A DNA stretch of 42,259 nucleotides from a bacterium. Lineage in GTDB: Bacteria; SAR324; NAC60-12. The stretch is taken from positions 1-42,259 of the forward strand of contig CBDDTI010000437.1 in assembly GCA_965233585.1 (NCBI GenBank), given 5' to 3'. Below the pieces are notes generated by a model, which was given only the letters and a program-made list of their open reading frames with translations, ran no database searches and was not told the DNA's origin. Below, one piece after another: positions 1 to 10,009 of the stretch. Numbering within the stretch: position 1 is the stretch's first letter; each line of letters begins with the position of its first letter. A program made the translations under genes and the position numbers.

Positions 1-78
1 AAGAGATCTTCCCGGTAATCAAAAACTTTGTGGCAAAGATGCATGCTTCTTTTGGTTAATCAGTCAGTGGAAGTCAAT

Positions 79-576
79 ATGGGATCTGGAAACAGTGCTC
101 CAGTCGAACGTGCACAAACCGTGGAAACAGAAGCACATCAAGATGTGTTCGAACTTCGGTTCGACCACCTCGCATTTGGTGGCACTTCCATCCTCTTCTT
201 GGCCGTGTTGATTGGACTCTGTTGGTTCTGTCGGCGACGCAACAAGCGTCGGCAGCGCAAACGGCAAAATAAGACGTGTCATTGTCATCAGTCGCCGACA
301 AGCCAACCAGCCTTGCCGATGAACCAATCCTACCCGATGCAACCGATGTCGCCGCCGATGCCAGTGCCGATGCCATGGTATCCCGTGATGCCATACCAAC
401 ATCATCCGACCACCAGCAATTGGCCTCCAGCACCTTCACCATTTGCCTCGGAACCGGGTCGCTTCACGGAGATCCTGGAGCAAACGACCTCGCAGCCACC
501 AAGACCGCCACCGCTGCGGGCAAGGGAGCTTCCACCGCCGACGACTTCGAAGAATGCAGAAGCCACCGCTACATAA
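79..576 (+). CDS. Small N-myristoylated single-pass membrane protein (165 aa), FAST-protein-like architecture; accessory ORF of an LTR retroelement
   Basis: ATG at 79 gives MGSGNS (MGxxxS myristoylation motif). It is followed by a ~32-aa ectodomain, the hydrophobic segment FGGTSILFLAVLIGLCWFC, the polybasic stretch RRRNKRRQRKRQNK and a Pro-rich tail. An upstream frame ends at TAA 57-59, and PPT/LTR lie downstream. Confidence 0.75.
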   Translation: MGSGNSAPVERAQTVETEAHQDVFELRFDHLAFGGTSILFLAVLIGLCWFCRRRNKRRQRKRQNKTCHCHQSPTSQPALPMNQSYPMQPMSPPMPVPMPWYPVMPYQHHPTTSNWPPAPSPFASEPGRFTEILEQTTSQPPRPPPLRARELPPPTTSKNAEATAT

Positions 577-1310
577 TTAATTCGCATTTAATTTATTTTT
601 CCTTACTTTGATTATTGTATTTTTATGTACCTCGCCGCGGCCACTCCGTCACAGCCGCGGATGAACCCGCTTCCACATTCACATCAGCTTCATCGCGGAC
701 GCCTTGCGGCTCTGTCACAGCCGCAGTGGGTTCCGCCTCATAGCCTCGAACTCATCCTCCATTCTGGCGAGATCTTCAACTCATCGAGTGAATCGAATTC
801 ATCGAACGAAATTATCTCGTTCATCGATATTCATCCCCACTCGTTGATCCGGCCTGAATTAACTCACGCATGACAATCTTTTTCGGTGCTCGTGCTGGTA
901 CGTCTTCCGTCGTTTGGCATTTTTGCCTGCCATTTGATCTGTTCCCTCTTTGAGTAACCTGTCTATCATGGGCGACAAAGAATGCGACAGTTGTTTCTGA
1001 GCACCAACGTTGTCATGTCGGTTAGATATACCTTCCGTATCTCACCGATCTTTCATCCCGGATCATGGGTGTATTTCTCGCCCCAAGTCTTCATCACGGC
1101 GCTCTTGCGAGCGCCTTTTCTCCGTGACTACACGAAGTCCGGCATCACCTCATCTCATAACGGGCCAGGGGTCCCGTCTGTTCAGTTCGGCAATATGCCT
1201 AACCCCTATAGGCCCGGAGTGCGGACTGCCCTTGTGGCATCGGCCCGGGACTGCCCCAGACTGTGACACCTCCAAATTTCTTTTATATTTCATCCACAGG
1301 TCAATTGACT

Positions 1311-1432
1311 GGAAGGGGGGTGTTACGGTCTATCTATCCATCTTCTATCCATCTATCTATCATCATCATATATCATTGTATATATTCATGACTCACAGAT
1401 AAATATAGACAGCATTCGCTTATCAGCAGACA
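1311..1432 (+). mobile_element. Polypurine tract plus 3' LTR (short or truncated) of an LTR retrotransposon
   Basis: GGAAGGGGGG (1311-1320) is immediately followed by TGTTACGG (1321). A candidate end ...GACA is at 1432, after which Polinton-like sequence begins. The 5' LTR is outside the window, so the right boundary is tentative. Confidence 0.6.
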
Positions 1433-1473
1433 TTAATGAACGATTTTTAAAATAAAAAAATTTAATTTTGTAC

Positions 1474-2597
1474 CGTCAAATCCGACAAATATGATTCAAC
1501 AGTATTTATTGATTTGTCGCATGTTTCTGGTGCAGCATTAACAACAGTTGGAGAGAAGTTATGTCCGTAACTTCTACATGTGATTCAGGAATAGAATCTT
1601 GACTGACTTTTTGGAGAAGTGTTGTCATTTCAATAAACTGAAAATAAATAGGAAAATTATAATCATATCAAAAGCAGAAATTTTTAAAATTAGAAAATAC
1701 TTCAGAATTGGGTTGATTGCATTGGGCTAGTTGGCGATTCAATTTCCATATTCTAGCTGATAAGGCCTTCACCAAAAAACATATGATCATTAGAATAATG
1801 AATACCAATAATTTAAATCCGTCTGCAAAATAGTAATATAATCATCAGAGAAAATAAAAATAAAACAGAGACAAATCAGACTTACTGTCGAAAGTAAAAT
1901 TGTTGAGAAGAAATTTGCCAATTGTCATCTTCGGTGTGGTGATTTTGGGTTTTGCGGTGGTGGTGGTGGTGGCAATGGTAGAGGTAATTGTTGGGGATGT
2001 GGTGAATGGAGTGGTAGAGGAGTTTGTTGTGGTTGTGGAGCTGGTGGTTGATTCAGTGGAAGTTGTTGAGGTTGTGGGGCTGGTAGTTGAGGCAATTGTT
2101 GTGGGTGAAGAGCCACTGGTTAATGGAGTAGTATAGGTGATTGTTGTAGTTGTGGGACTGGTGGTTGATACAGTGGAAGTTGTTGAGGTTGTGGAGCTGG
2201 TGGTTGATACAGTGGTGGTGACACTGTCGATGGTAGAGGCAATTGATGTGGTTGAAGAGATGGTGGTTGATGGGGTGGAAGAAACTATTGTTGCGGTTGT
2301 GGTGCTGCTAGTCGGTAAAGTAGAGGTAGTTGTAATAGCGATGGTGATCGAGGTGGTAATTGTAGTGGTCGTGAACGGGACGGTGGTAGACGTAGTAATT
2401 TCAGCGGTGGTGGAAGCGGTGGTTGTAGAGCTAGTGGTTGTCAATTGAGCGGTAATAGTCGTGTTGAGAATGGAATTGATTAAAATGGGGGAGAATCCAG
2501 AAGCCTTTTTTAAGATATTTTCCCAAAAAGTAATGTTTTGGGCGAAGGAATTTTGCATCAAAAAAGTGACACAAAAAAATGAAATGAAGAATTTCAT
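1474..2597 (-). pseudogene. Thr-rich mucin-like type I membrane glycoprotein, spliced and truncated; homolog of 32850-33898
   Basis: Signal peptide MKFFISFFCVTFLMQNSFA and a Thr/Ser-rich ectodomain. Exons 2597-1886, 1822-1701 (TM LLVFIILMIICFLV) and 1637-~1474 have GT-AG introns at the same positions as the intact copy. Exon 3 has an apparent frameshift and the last exon is replaced by the LTR. Confidence 0.7.
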
Positions 2598-2857
2598 GAT
2601 GGGATTGGGTGTTGATGTAAATTATTCAAGATTTTAAATTAAAGTGAGGACTTTTAATTATGGAATTTGTGATTTTTATTTATATGATAAAAAATCACGG
2701 TCAAAACGCGCTCATTTACATATTTATTATAAATAAGAGACGATTTTTGGCTGCATATACTGTGCATAAAATGTTGCGCGCTTTAATGCACATTACACGC
2801 ATGAATTGAATGCAAAGGATTGAAAGACACGCGTTGCAAAAAATAAGACATTGCACA

Positions 2858-3109
2858 TCAAATCAATGAATTGTTTGTATTATGGCGGAGAAAGGAATCA
2901 TTAGTATTATTATTGGTATTTACATAGTATAATTGATATTCATGTTCAAATAAAGTGAATAAACTGAGTGACATTAATAACAGGTACAAGAAACTTAATA
3001 ACCCGGCAGAAACATTGTCTTCTACGAGATGGGAATTATAATAATAATCGTGTGCGATAATTTGTTGTTCATTTTCACTCTCGGATGGTGAGTCAAAAAT
3101 TGACATCAT
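2858..3109 (-). CDS. Small predicted membrane protein, homolog of 34210-34464
   Basis: Hydrophobic stretch followed by LFEHEY, also present in 34210-34464. Likely ATG at 3109. Confidence 0.5.
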   Translation of the reverse strand: MMSIFDSPSESENEQQIIAHDYYYNSHLVEDNVSAGLLSFLYLLLMSLSLFTLFEHEYQLYYVNTNNNTNDSFLRHNTNNSLI

Positions 3110-3201
3110 TAAAAGATGTTGATGTTTTTGAGCACTTTGTCCAAAAATTTGAGAACGGGTTTTTATAATAATGATACACTCGTAATTCTTCTGACGATCT
3201 T

Positions 3202-3450
3202 TTAAGTAAAAAAAAATTCGCACAAAAGTTTAAGAGTTACTTCTTTATAATAATGGTACACTTTTAGTTCTTTTTGAATGACGGATATGATTAGTACACG
3301 AGTTTCAAAATCATCTCTTCGTTCATAAAATAAAAACTTGTGATTTTTAACATCTTGACGATAAACAGATACTTGTTGATCCAACAACTCAAAAGTGTTG
3401 TTTATTGTGTTGAGAAGAATGGAGATGTGTTGCAGAAGAACGTCTTCTCT
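3202..3450 (-). pseudogene. Remnant of hypothetical Polinton ORF, homolog of 34427-34771
   Basis: Shares LDQ.V..YR..VK, ETR and IQKEL.VYHYYK with 34427-34771. No clear ATG. Confidence 0.55.
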
Positions 3451-3657
3451 TAAATTATTTTGAAATAAATTAATGTTGTAGAGCTTGACTTTGTAACAAG
3501 TGTTTTCTAAACAAGACAGGATGCTATACTGAAAATAGTTTATTAGGAAATTAAGATTTTAGATGGAAAATTTTTAAAAAACCACATTGAAACTAACCCT
3601 CTTGGTGCACAAATTAATTTAAGCAGGATTGAAGTGAATTGGCAATGGAAAATAGAT

Positions 3658-3980
3658 GTTGCAACAAGCCTGCAACCGGCTTGTTTTCGTCTGTAACCGG
3701 CTTGCAACAGGCTCGATCGAGCCTGTAATTGGCTTGTTTTCATCTGCAATCGGCTTGCAACAGGCCGATTACAGGCTCGATCGAGCCTGTTGCAAGCCGA
3801 TTGCAGACAAAAACAAGCCAGTTGCAGGCCGATTACAGGCTCGATCGAGCCTGTTGCAAGCCGATTGCAGATGAAAACAAGCCGGTTGCAGGCCGATTAC
3901 AGACAAAAACAAGCCGGTTCCAGACGATTGCAAGCCAGTTGCAGATGAAAACAGGCTCGATCGAGCCTGCAACAGGCTCA
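3658..3980. repeat. Subterminal array of palindromic repeats (~64-bp period), partly in inverted orientation
   Basis: The palindrome CAGGCTCGATCGAGCCTG occurs at ~3708, 3772, 3836 and 3952. Units left of ~3765 are reverse complements of those to the right. Confidence 0.85.
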
Positions 3981-4093
3981 ATGTTGATGCCATCAAGATG
4001 GTTTGAGAGCGCTTCAAGATGGTTTTCATGTGTAAACGGATGGTTGAAAGCCCGCTTTAGCCTGTTTTAAGGTGTTTTGAGAACCTTTTGAGA

Positions 4094-4143
4094 AGAAATG
4101 TGCCTACATCAGGCTTGAAAGAGCCTGATGTAGGTACATTTCT
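4094..4143. repeat. Terminal 22-bp inverted repeat (hairpin) at the Polinton end
   Basis: AGAAATGTGCCTACATCAGGCT-TGAAAG-AGCCTGATGTAGGTACATTTCT, with one mismatch. Confidence 0.85.
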
Positions 4144-4145
4144 AT

Positions 4146-4624
4146 ACAACACCCGACAAACAAATTATTCGAGGCGTTACGATGATTTGTTCCAAACCGT
4201 GGTGATGTTGAATCATTAACTAAAACATCATGACCTGTTAGGCGAGCCATAAGCCTGTACCAGGTTTTGGGATTTGCCACATTTGAAGTAGTTCGACCAA
4301 GTTGATGAGACGGGGGAGGAACTCTCCCACCTCGTCCAACACCGCGACCGGCAGGAGAGGAGTTTGAGACGTTATTCGGTCTCGGAAACCTCAGCCTCGT
4401 CCAATCGGCACGACAGGCGGAGATGTTGATGTTAAATCATCAGCAGAGTTGTTGGTTGATGTCAAATCATCAGCGTAATAGTTGTTGGTGGGGGCCAATG
4501 TTGAATCATCGGCAGTGTTGTTGTTGTGGGTTGATGTTGAATCATCAGCAATGCAAACTGTAACCCTTAACCCTTTCGAATCATGGGCTGCTTGACGAGA
4601 TTCAGAATTGAAAAGACCAGGCAT
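4146..4624 (-). pseudogene. RG-rich/DDLTS-repeat gene remnant, homolog of 29959-30786
   Basis: ADDLTSTNNSADDLTS and SPPVVPIGRG match the intact copy. It has a premature TGA at 4391-4393 and frameshifts, and is cut by the A1 terminus. Confidence 0.7.
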
Positions 4625-5189
4625 TTTTACCTTTTTGGATTGACTTGGGTGGAGAACTTCTCTCGATAAATGTACGAAGATGGAATGACGGAATGGAAAA
4701 TATATATTCCGACTTTTATACAATTTTGTGCGGTGAAGCGCCCACTTCTTAAACAGCTCATAGACCAATCGCACGAAAGAAATAACTGCATGAGAAAATC
4801 ACTACTAATCCGCCGATAACCCAGACAACCAGACTTGTCACAGTAAAATTTATGGTCACTGTTTGACAATGCGCATTATTAAATCTCCGTTAAATATTTC
4901 AAACAATGGGAAAAATATGTTCGTGTCATTTTTAAGTTTTTTTTTTTTTTTTTTTTTTTTAAATTCCTTGAACACGTGTCCGGCTCCATATTTGAAATTT
5001 TTTATTCAATGATCGTATCGACCACTCGCCCACACATACTCGGAGTTGGGCCCTTTTAGGGCATCAACTAGCTCCTGTTGTTGGCAGACATTAAACTTTG
5101 AAAAAGGTTAAAAAAAAAAGGAAATTTTAACATTGAATGCCAGTGTACATTTATGCTCAGAATAAATCACCCGCATTTAAGAAAAGAAT

Positions 5190-6025
5190 ATGAAGAAATC
5201 ACCAGCGAAAAAGAGAAAATTAAATTTTTGCATTAAAGATGCCGAAGAGGACAATCATAAGACCTTTCAGCATGAGAAGAAAAAAAAGACCGAAAAGGAG
5301 ACAGAAAAGAATGATAAAAAGGCTGATAAGAAGAAACATGCATGTGGAAACTCCAAGAAGAATTCAAATAAGAAACATAAATTAAAATCGGGTAATTTCA
5401 AATTTATAAATTTTTATACACGTAACTCTTATTAGCTATATGACATTTTAGATAAGAACAAAAAAAGAGAGAAGACATGACAGCATCAGAATCAGATGCC
5501 GTGTCTGAAGAAATTGAGGAATCAGAAATGGAAGAGTTAACTTCCGATTCTGATCATGCTTCAACTGTTGTAGAAGAACCGAGCGATGAAAGTTCAGAAA
5601 ATAATGATTATGATAAAAGGATGTGTGAATAGCTCAGTGGTAGAGCATCAGCTTCGTGCCCCCTGGACCCGGGTTCAACTCCCAGTCCAGGAGCCAAGGT
5701 AAGTATAAGCTGATGCTTTTTTGAGCTAGACCACATCCTTAGGGGGGAGGTTGGCAACTCCTGTAATTCTTGCAACTGAGAACACAACCTGCTGGTCAAG
5801 GGTGAGGTAAAGACTACAGCGCATATCTGAGACAAGATATGTGCTGTCATCGCTCTAAGAGCCATGAGCACCATTGGAGCTCGCTCGAGGGAATATCCCA
5901 GCGATCAATATAACATAACAAATGATTATGATGATGATGATGATGATGATGATGACAATGCGGTCGGTGCGGATGAAGACCTTGACCAACAGACTCAAGA
6001 CGTTTTAGGAAAGAAAAGAAAAAAG
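5190..6025 (+). pseudogene. Lys-rich/acidic gene remnant interrupted by a SINE, homolog of 31528-32741
   Basis: MKKSPAKK...NKKHKLKSG with the same splice donor, then an acidic exon ending QTQDVLGKKRK. A SINE sits in the GAT-repeat region and the 3' half is missing. Confidence 0.75.
5615..5920 (+). mobile_element. tRNA-derived SINE with 12-bp target site duplication
   Basis: Pol III A box TAGCTCAGTGG (5630-5640), B box GGTTCAACTCC (5672-5682) and tail CAATATAACATAACA. AATGATTATGAT is duplicated at 5603-5614 and 5921-5932. The insert is absent from the homologous gene at ~31965. Confidence 0.85.
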
Positions 6026-6661
6026 CCGAACAATTTTTTGTCCCTGGCGCCTTTGTATCAACTCTTCTTTGCAACAACTCCAATGCTTAATGTAAAGATT
6101 ATATTCCCCTACAGATGATGTCCAATGATGAAAATGCAAGATGAATTGTGGAATGTATTGTTACCAAGTTTGTACAAGAGTAAAAATGACACAGTAAAAC
6201 TAAAGGTCTTCACATGATGACTATACCTAAAAGAATGATGGTAACTGTTGCTTTGATCTTTAATGTTGATTCTTTCCAATGTGGAGAGGTGTGGCTTGGT
6301 TCTTTGTTCCCTGGTGTGTGTTGTTGATAAGTTACCATCTATTATCAGATTTGTACCCATTTCAATTGATAATTTGAATTTATATTTATATGTGATGACA
6401 ATTTGACTATAATCATTGTTCCCTCCACTTATATTTTCACCATATTTTCAGAAAGGTCCCATTCAAAAAAAAAAAAGAGAGGTGGCTCAACCCTTCGACC
6501 ATTGTAGGCCAACAACATCATGTCAGCCATCCCAACCCACCAAGCAGTCACATCAGCACTAATTACAAAAACCAGTCACCAGTCAACATCGATAAGCAGT
6601 GTCCCCAATCAATTTTCCAGCTTATAAAAAAACCTCCCCTTTTTCATCTCTACTGCTTTCT

Positions 6662-6694
6662 AGCAGGGGGGTGATGCTTCATATCCGGCTCTTG
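6662..6694 (+). mobile_element. Possible PPT and first ~23 bp of a 3' LTR
   Basis: AGCAGGGGGG followed by TGATGCTTCATATCCGG, then an abrupt junction to inverted env sequence. No second LTR copy is available for confirmation. Confidence 0.4.
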
Positions 6695-7326
6695 AGCGAA
6701 GTATAGAGGGTGTAAGGATCAATTCGTGAAGTTTGGAGTAAGTATGAAAAGGGGTGTTTCAGGTGTAAGGTGTCGTAAACATAGTCTGTGGTGTTGGGGC
6801 AGGTGTTGGACGGGAAGGTAGGCCTGAGAAATTCCGTTTTAACAAATTTGCGCAACAGTTTCTGAATGAGAGTGCTAAGTTGTTTTACCAGTTTAATTGC
6901 CACTATCTGATGGCTGGGAATTGCACATATGGTGGGGTAGGCCGCTGAACAATAAACTTGTGTTATTTTTCCGGTACTTAAGTTAATGACGGTGCAAGGT
7001 TTGGTGGAGACTAAGTTTCGGTCCATGGTGAGTGTGTCTTTAAGAAGAGCTGGAACAGGTTTCCCTGAGGCGAATGTTAGTTTTTTAGTTTTACCAGAGT
7101 ATCCAGTGTCTAACCAAGTTTGTGTAATATCCGGAAAAGTGGAATGGTAGAAATTTAGATCCTTGTCTGAGTGGATTTCAACAATAGGTACTTCCAATGG
7201 CAGGCAAAAGTCATGTGCTTGTTGAAAGGTGAGAAATCGCTTTTCAACAATGTACTGGTATTCAGGGTGGCTAATTGTGATACCATCTGGTACCTTGGTT
7301 GTTTGGCTCAACAGAAGGTCGACATG
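6695..7326 (-). pseudogene. Inverted fragment of gypsy env-like ORF (copy of 15222-15853)
   Basis: 632-bp reverse complement; translation identical to the env ORF from HVDLLL to LYTSL. Confidence 0.95.
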
Positions 7327-7404
7327 GACTTTTCTAATGACTACTGAAATTACCACAGTGCCATTTTAAAACTTTTGCTTTACCAAATTCAGCTAGATGT
7401 TACT

Positions 7405-7748
7405 CACCAGCACTTGCAGGTCCTGACCCTGAATGTTTGCCTTGAAGAGCAATTCACCTTTGTCGCTTTTTATAAATTTGGGATGTTTTTCCAGATTTGA
7501 GCTTATATGATTGCAAAAATCATCACTGGCTTGCGCGGCTACAATGGCTGAGCTTGAAACTAAGGGTTTCAATTCCTCCACTAGAGACAAAGGTGAGTTG
7601 ACCTTCGCAATTTGTACTTTTGGCATCGGATCAGCAGGTTCCAAAGGATTTGCAGAGCTTTGGCCAACAGGGCTCATTTCAGCCGATTCAATGTTATTTA
7701 TGGGTTGAACTAAAGAAGGATCTTTTTCCAAAGCTTCTCGAAGGTGTC
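7405..7748 (-). pseudogene. Inverted fragment of gypsy pol (copy of 13317-13660)
   Basis: 344-bp reverse complement with a few substitutions (VGQ vs VSK, PMPKVQ vs PIPKAQ). Confidence 0.95.
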
Positions 7749-8121
7749 ACTTTTCTAGCTCAAGGGAAAGATACATTCAGAAAAGGTTGCTTAAACCTTT
7801 TGTCAATGTAAATTTGGTAAAAATGTATCCATTTTCTTTGAAAATTCTAAGCAGTTGCGCAAGCCTGGTCCTTTTCAAAAATCTTGATCTTAAAATCCAC
7901 TATTAGATGGAAGGAAAGAGAAACTAAAGGGAAAATAATTTTTTTTCTTTGTTTTTGCATTTAAAAGACATTAATTATTTGACTTCAATGTGTTACTAAA
8001 TTATAAAAAATGATGGATACCAAACTTTTTTTAACTATAATGGCCTTACTGTTTCTTTACCACTATGTAGAAAGTTTTTTAATTTAATAAAGGGTGGCTT
8101 TTACCTTTTGCACAATGGATA

Positions 8122-8403
8122 TAGGGCAAAAATTTGATCCTTTAAATCTCTTAAATTTTTCCCAGACCGCGTATCCATTTGCATGTAAAGTCATGATTGA
8201 AACGAAACAAAATTGTAAAATGAATGGGGAAAGGCAGAATGCCATTTTACGATGGTGTCAAACGCGAAGGTGGGTGTACAAAATTCTTTTCAAAAAATAC
8301 GCTGAACATGATGACCGGTTAATGCCTTCAGCAAAACAGGTTTAGGGCAAAAATTGATCCCTCAGATCTCTAAAATTTTCCCCATAACGCGAACCTGTTT
8401 GCA
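8122..8403 (+). repeat. Two diverged ~60-bp direct repeats in an unrelated AT-rich insert
   Basis: TAGGGCAAAAATT(T)GATCC...AAATTTT...CGCG...TTTGCA at ~8122 and ~8343. Confidence 0.55.
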
Positions 8404-8540
8404 ATTTGAAAGGCAATCTTTTCAAATAAGGTTAGAAAATAAGAAGTGGGATTTTTGTTAAAACATGTGTAGTGAAATTATTGATATTTGACCCCTTACT
8501 TATTTGGGTGAAAGTTGACTCTTAGTCTTAAATGTTTTGT

Positions 8541-9361
8541 TGTTAAATCCAAACTTGAAAACAGCACGGGTTTTGCATTGCCAATTTTTGTGAAAATGCT
8601 CTGGATATCTTGGTTGGGATAGGCCAAAGGATTCAGTGTTTTGTTCAATGCCTTGTAATTGGCAACCATCCTATCTCTGATTGGCTGTCCAGGCAAAGGA
8701 TTTTTCTTAACAAGGAATAAAGGGGAGGCATACGGGCTTATTCCCCGGGTCATTAAACCCCTCTCAATATAAATATCAATTATTCGTTTCAGCCTATCCC
8801 TCATTTCACCGTGCAGAGGTATGACCTTGCTTCTAACTGGGGGACCCGTTGCTCCAAAATCTTCGATCATGTAGATGTCCGGATCCAAACAACCCGGGTC
8901 AAACTCATCCCTGGGCACCAGTTTAGCATAGTCCTGCGTGAAAAATGCTATCAGCCTATCAGAAATTTGTTTCGGGAGGCCTTGCTTCAGGATCCCGTGG
9001 GTCCAATCGGGTGAAGGCGCGGTAGTAAGGTTTGCCAGCCGCTCCAGCACCACCTCATCCATGTCAACTTCGGTATCTATCTTGTCTGTATTATTGTTGG
9101 GGACCAAGGGGTCACTAGGATTTCTTAATTCAGGTGGTAATTGTGTGTCTTTTGTAGGGATGGAGTGGACAATGTTGATGTTGGATTCGAAGGCCTTGTC
9201 TTTGTGCAAGGTTCTGAATACATTTCTAATCATGAAGTCTTTGCTAACCAACATCATTTGTTGTCCCTTCCAAATGAGGTTGGCCTTCAAATGTGCAAGC
9301 AGGTCCAATCCAATCAGGTTGTCACCTGATCTTACTACATAAAAGGGCCAATGGACTAATG
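8541..9361 (-). pseudogene. Inverted fragment of gypsy pol, protease end to RT start (copy of 11208-12028)
   Basis: 821-bp reverse complement with near-identical translation (CLDPD vs CLNPD). Confidence 0.95.
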
Positions 9362-9657
9362 ACAACAGCTTCTAACCTTCTTTTCCTTATCCAGCGAACC
9401 TACCATAAACTTGGCTGACCTATTACAATCTTTCTCTCTGCTTCCACCTAACCATGACATTTTCCAAGTAGATAATTTGATTTGTATCTGTCCAACTAAC
9501 TCCTCCTCAACAGTAAGTACTCCAGATACTGTCACCATAACGGAGGATAACACCACCACACTTCCTAATGACCTCCCTACCCAAGGTGATGGAGAGAATA
9601 CCTTTTATGACAACATGACGATCAATGATGATGGCACCATTTCCTTTGGTAATGTTA
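9362..9657 (+). pseudogene. Direct fragment of gypsy env-like ORF (copy of 15866-16161)
   Basis: 296-bp direct repeat with few substitutions (QGDG vs QGYG, NMT vs NIT). Confidence 0.95.
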
Positions 9658-10009
9658 GACAGCTCCTTTGAATGAAGTGACTGTCCCTCTAATTGGTGGT
9701 TGCTTGTATCTTTGGATGGAAATGAAGTGAATGTTTTGGGTGCTTAAGAGGTTGCAGCATAGAGATGGAATGGGGTTTAGATTGCCTCTTTGCCTGTAGT
9801 AATCTTCCCTCTAATTGATGAATTTTGGTGTCTTTGGATGAAGGCAAGAAACCAATGTTTTCAGTTGGTCAGAGGTGATTATTTTTTGAAGCTTTATGTG
9901 GACGCTGAAAACAGGTGGAGAGATGGCAGGAGGAGAGCTTTGAAGTTTATTGTGTGCGCTTGTGCTCTGAGGTGCGCACCACTGTTTGAGAAAATGAAAT
10001 ACTAAATCG

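Larger units (their letters stand above)
1433..4143. mobile_element. Right-terminal fragment of a Polinton (copy A1), diverged relative of 33000-35728
   Basis: Same gene order and orientation as 33000-35728: mucin-like gene, small TM ORF, small ORF, palindromic repeat array, conserved subterminal block. It ends in TGATGTAGGTACATTTCT versus TGATGTAGGGACATTACT at 35711-35728. Confidence 0.8.
4144..6030. mobile_element. Internal Polinton fragment (copy A2), homologous to ~30330-32060
   Basis: Contains decayed homologs of the RG/DDLTS gene (-) and of the Lys-rich/acidic gene (+), with a conserved intergenic TATA, CCAAT and CAGAATAAATCACCCGCATTTAA. Confidence 0.8.

Noticed and set aside
625..1402. 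Short ORFs between the FAST-like gene and the LTR
   Set aside because: No recognisable motifs, and one runs through the PPT into the LTR. Treated as 3' UTR.
1900..2448. Val-rich plus-strand ORFs, also 33432-33857
   Set aside because: Antisense shadows of the Thr-rich mucin exons.
3543..4070. ORFs over the palindromic array, also 35194-35518; possible CRISPR-like array
   Set aside because: The translations are repeat artefacts. Units are tandem with no unique spacers, there are no cas genes, and the context is eukaryotic.
5619..5695. tRNA gene
   Set aside because: A and B boxes are present but there is no convincing acceptor stem. It continues into a ~230-bp body with a tail and TSD, so it is a SINE head.
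6030..6360. Minus-strand 78-83 aa ORFs as a second antisense retroelement gene
   Set aside because: Short, no motif, and no detectable similarity to 16477-16989; cannot be supported.
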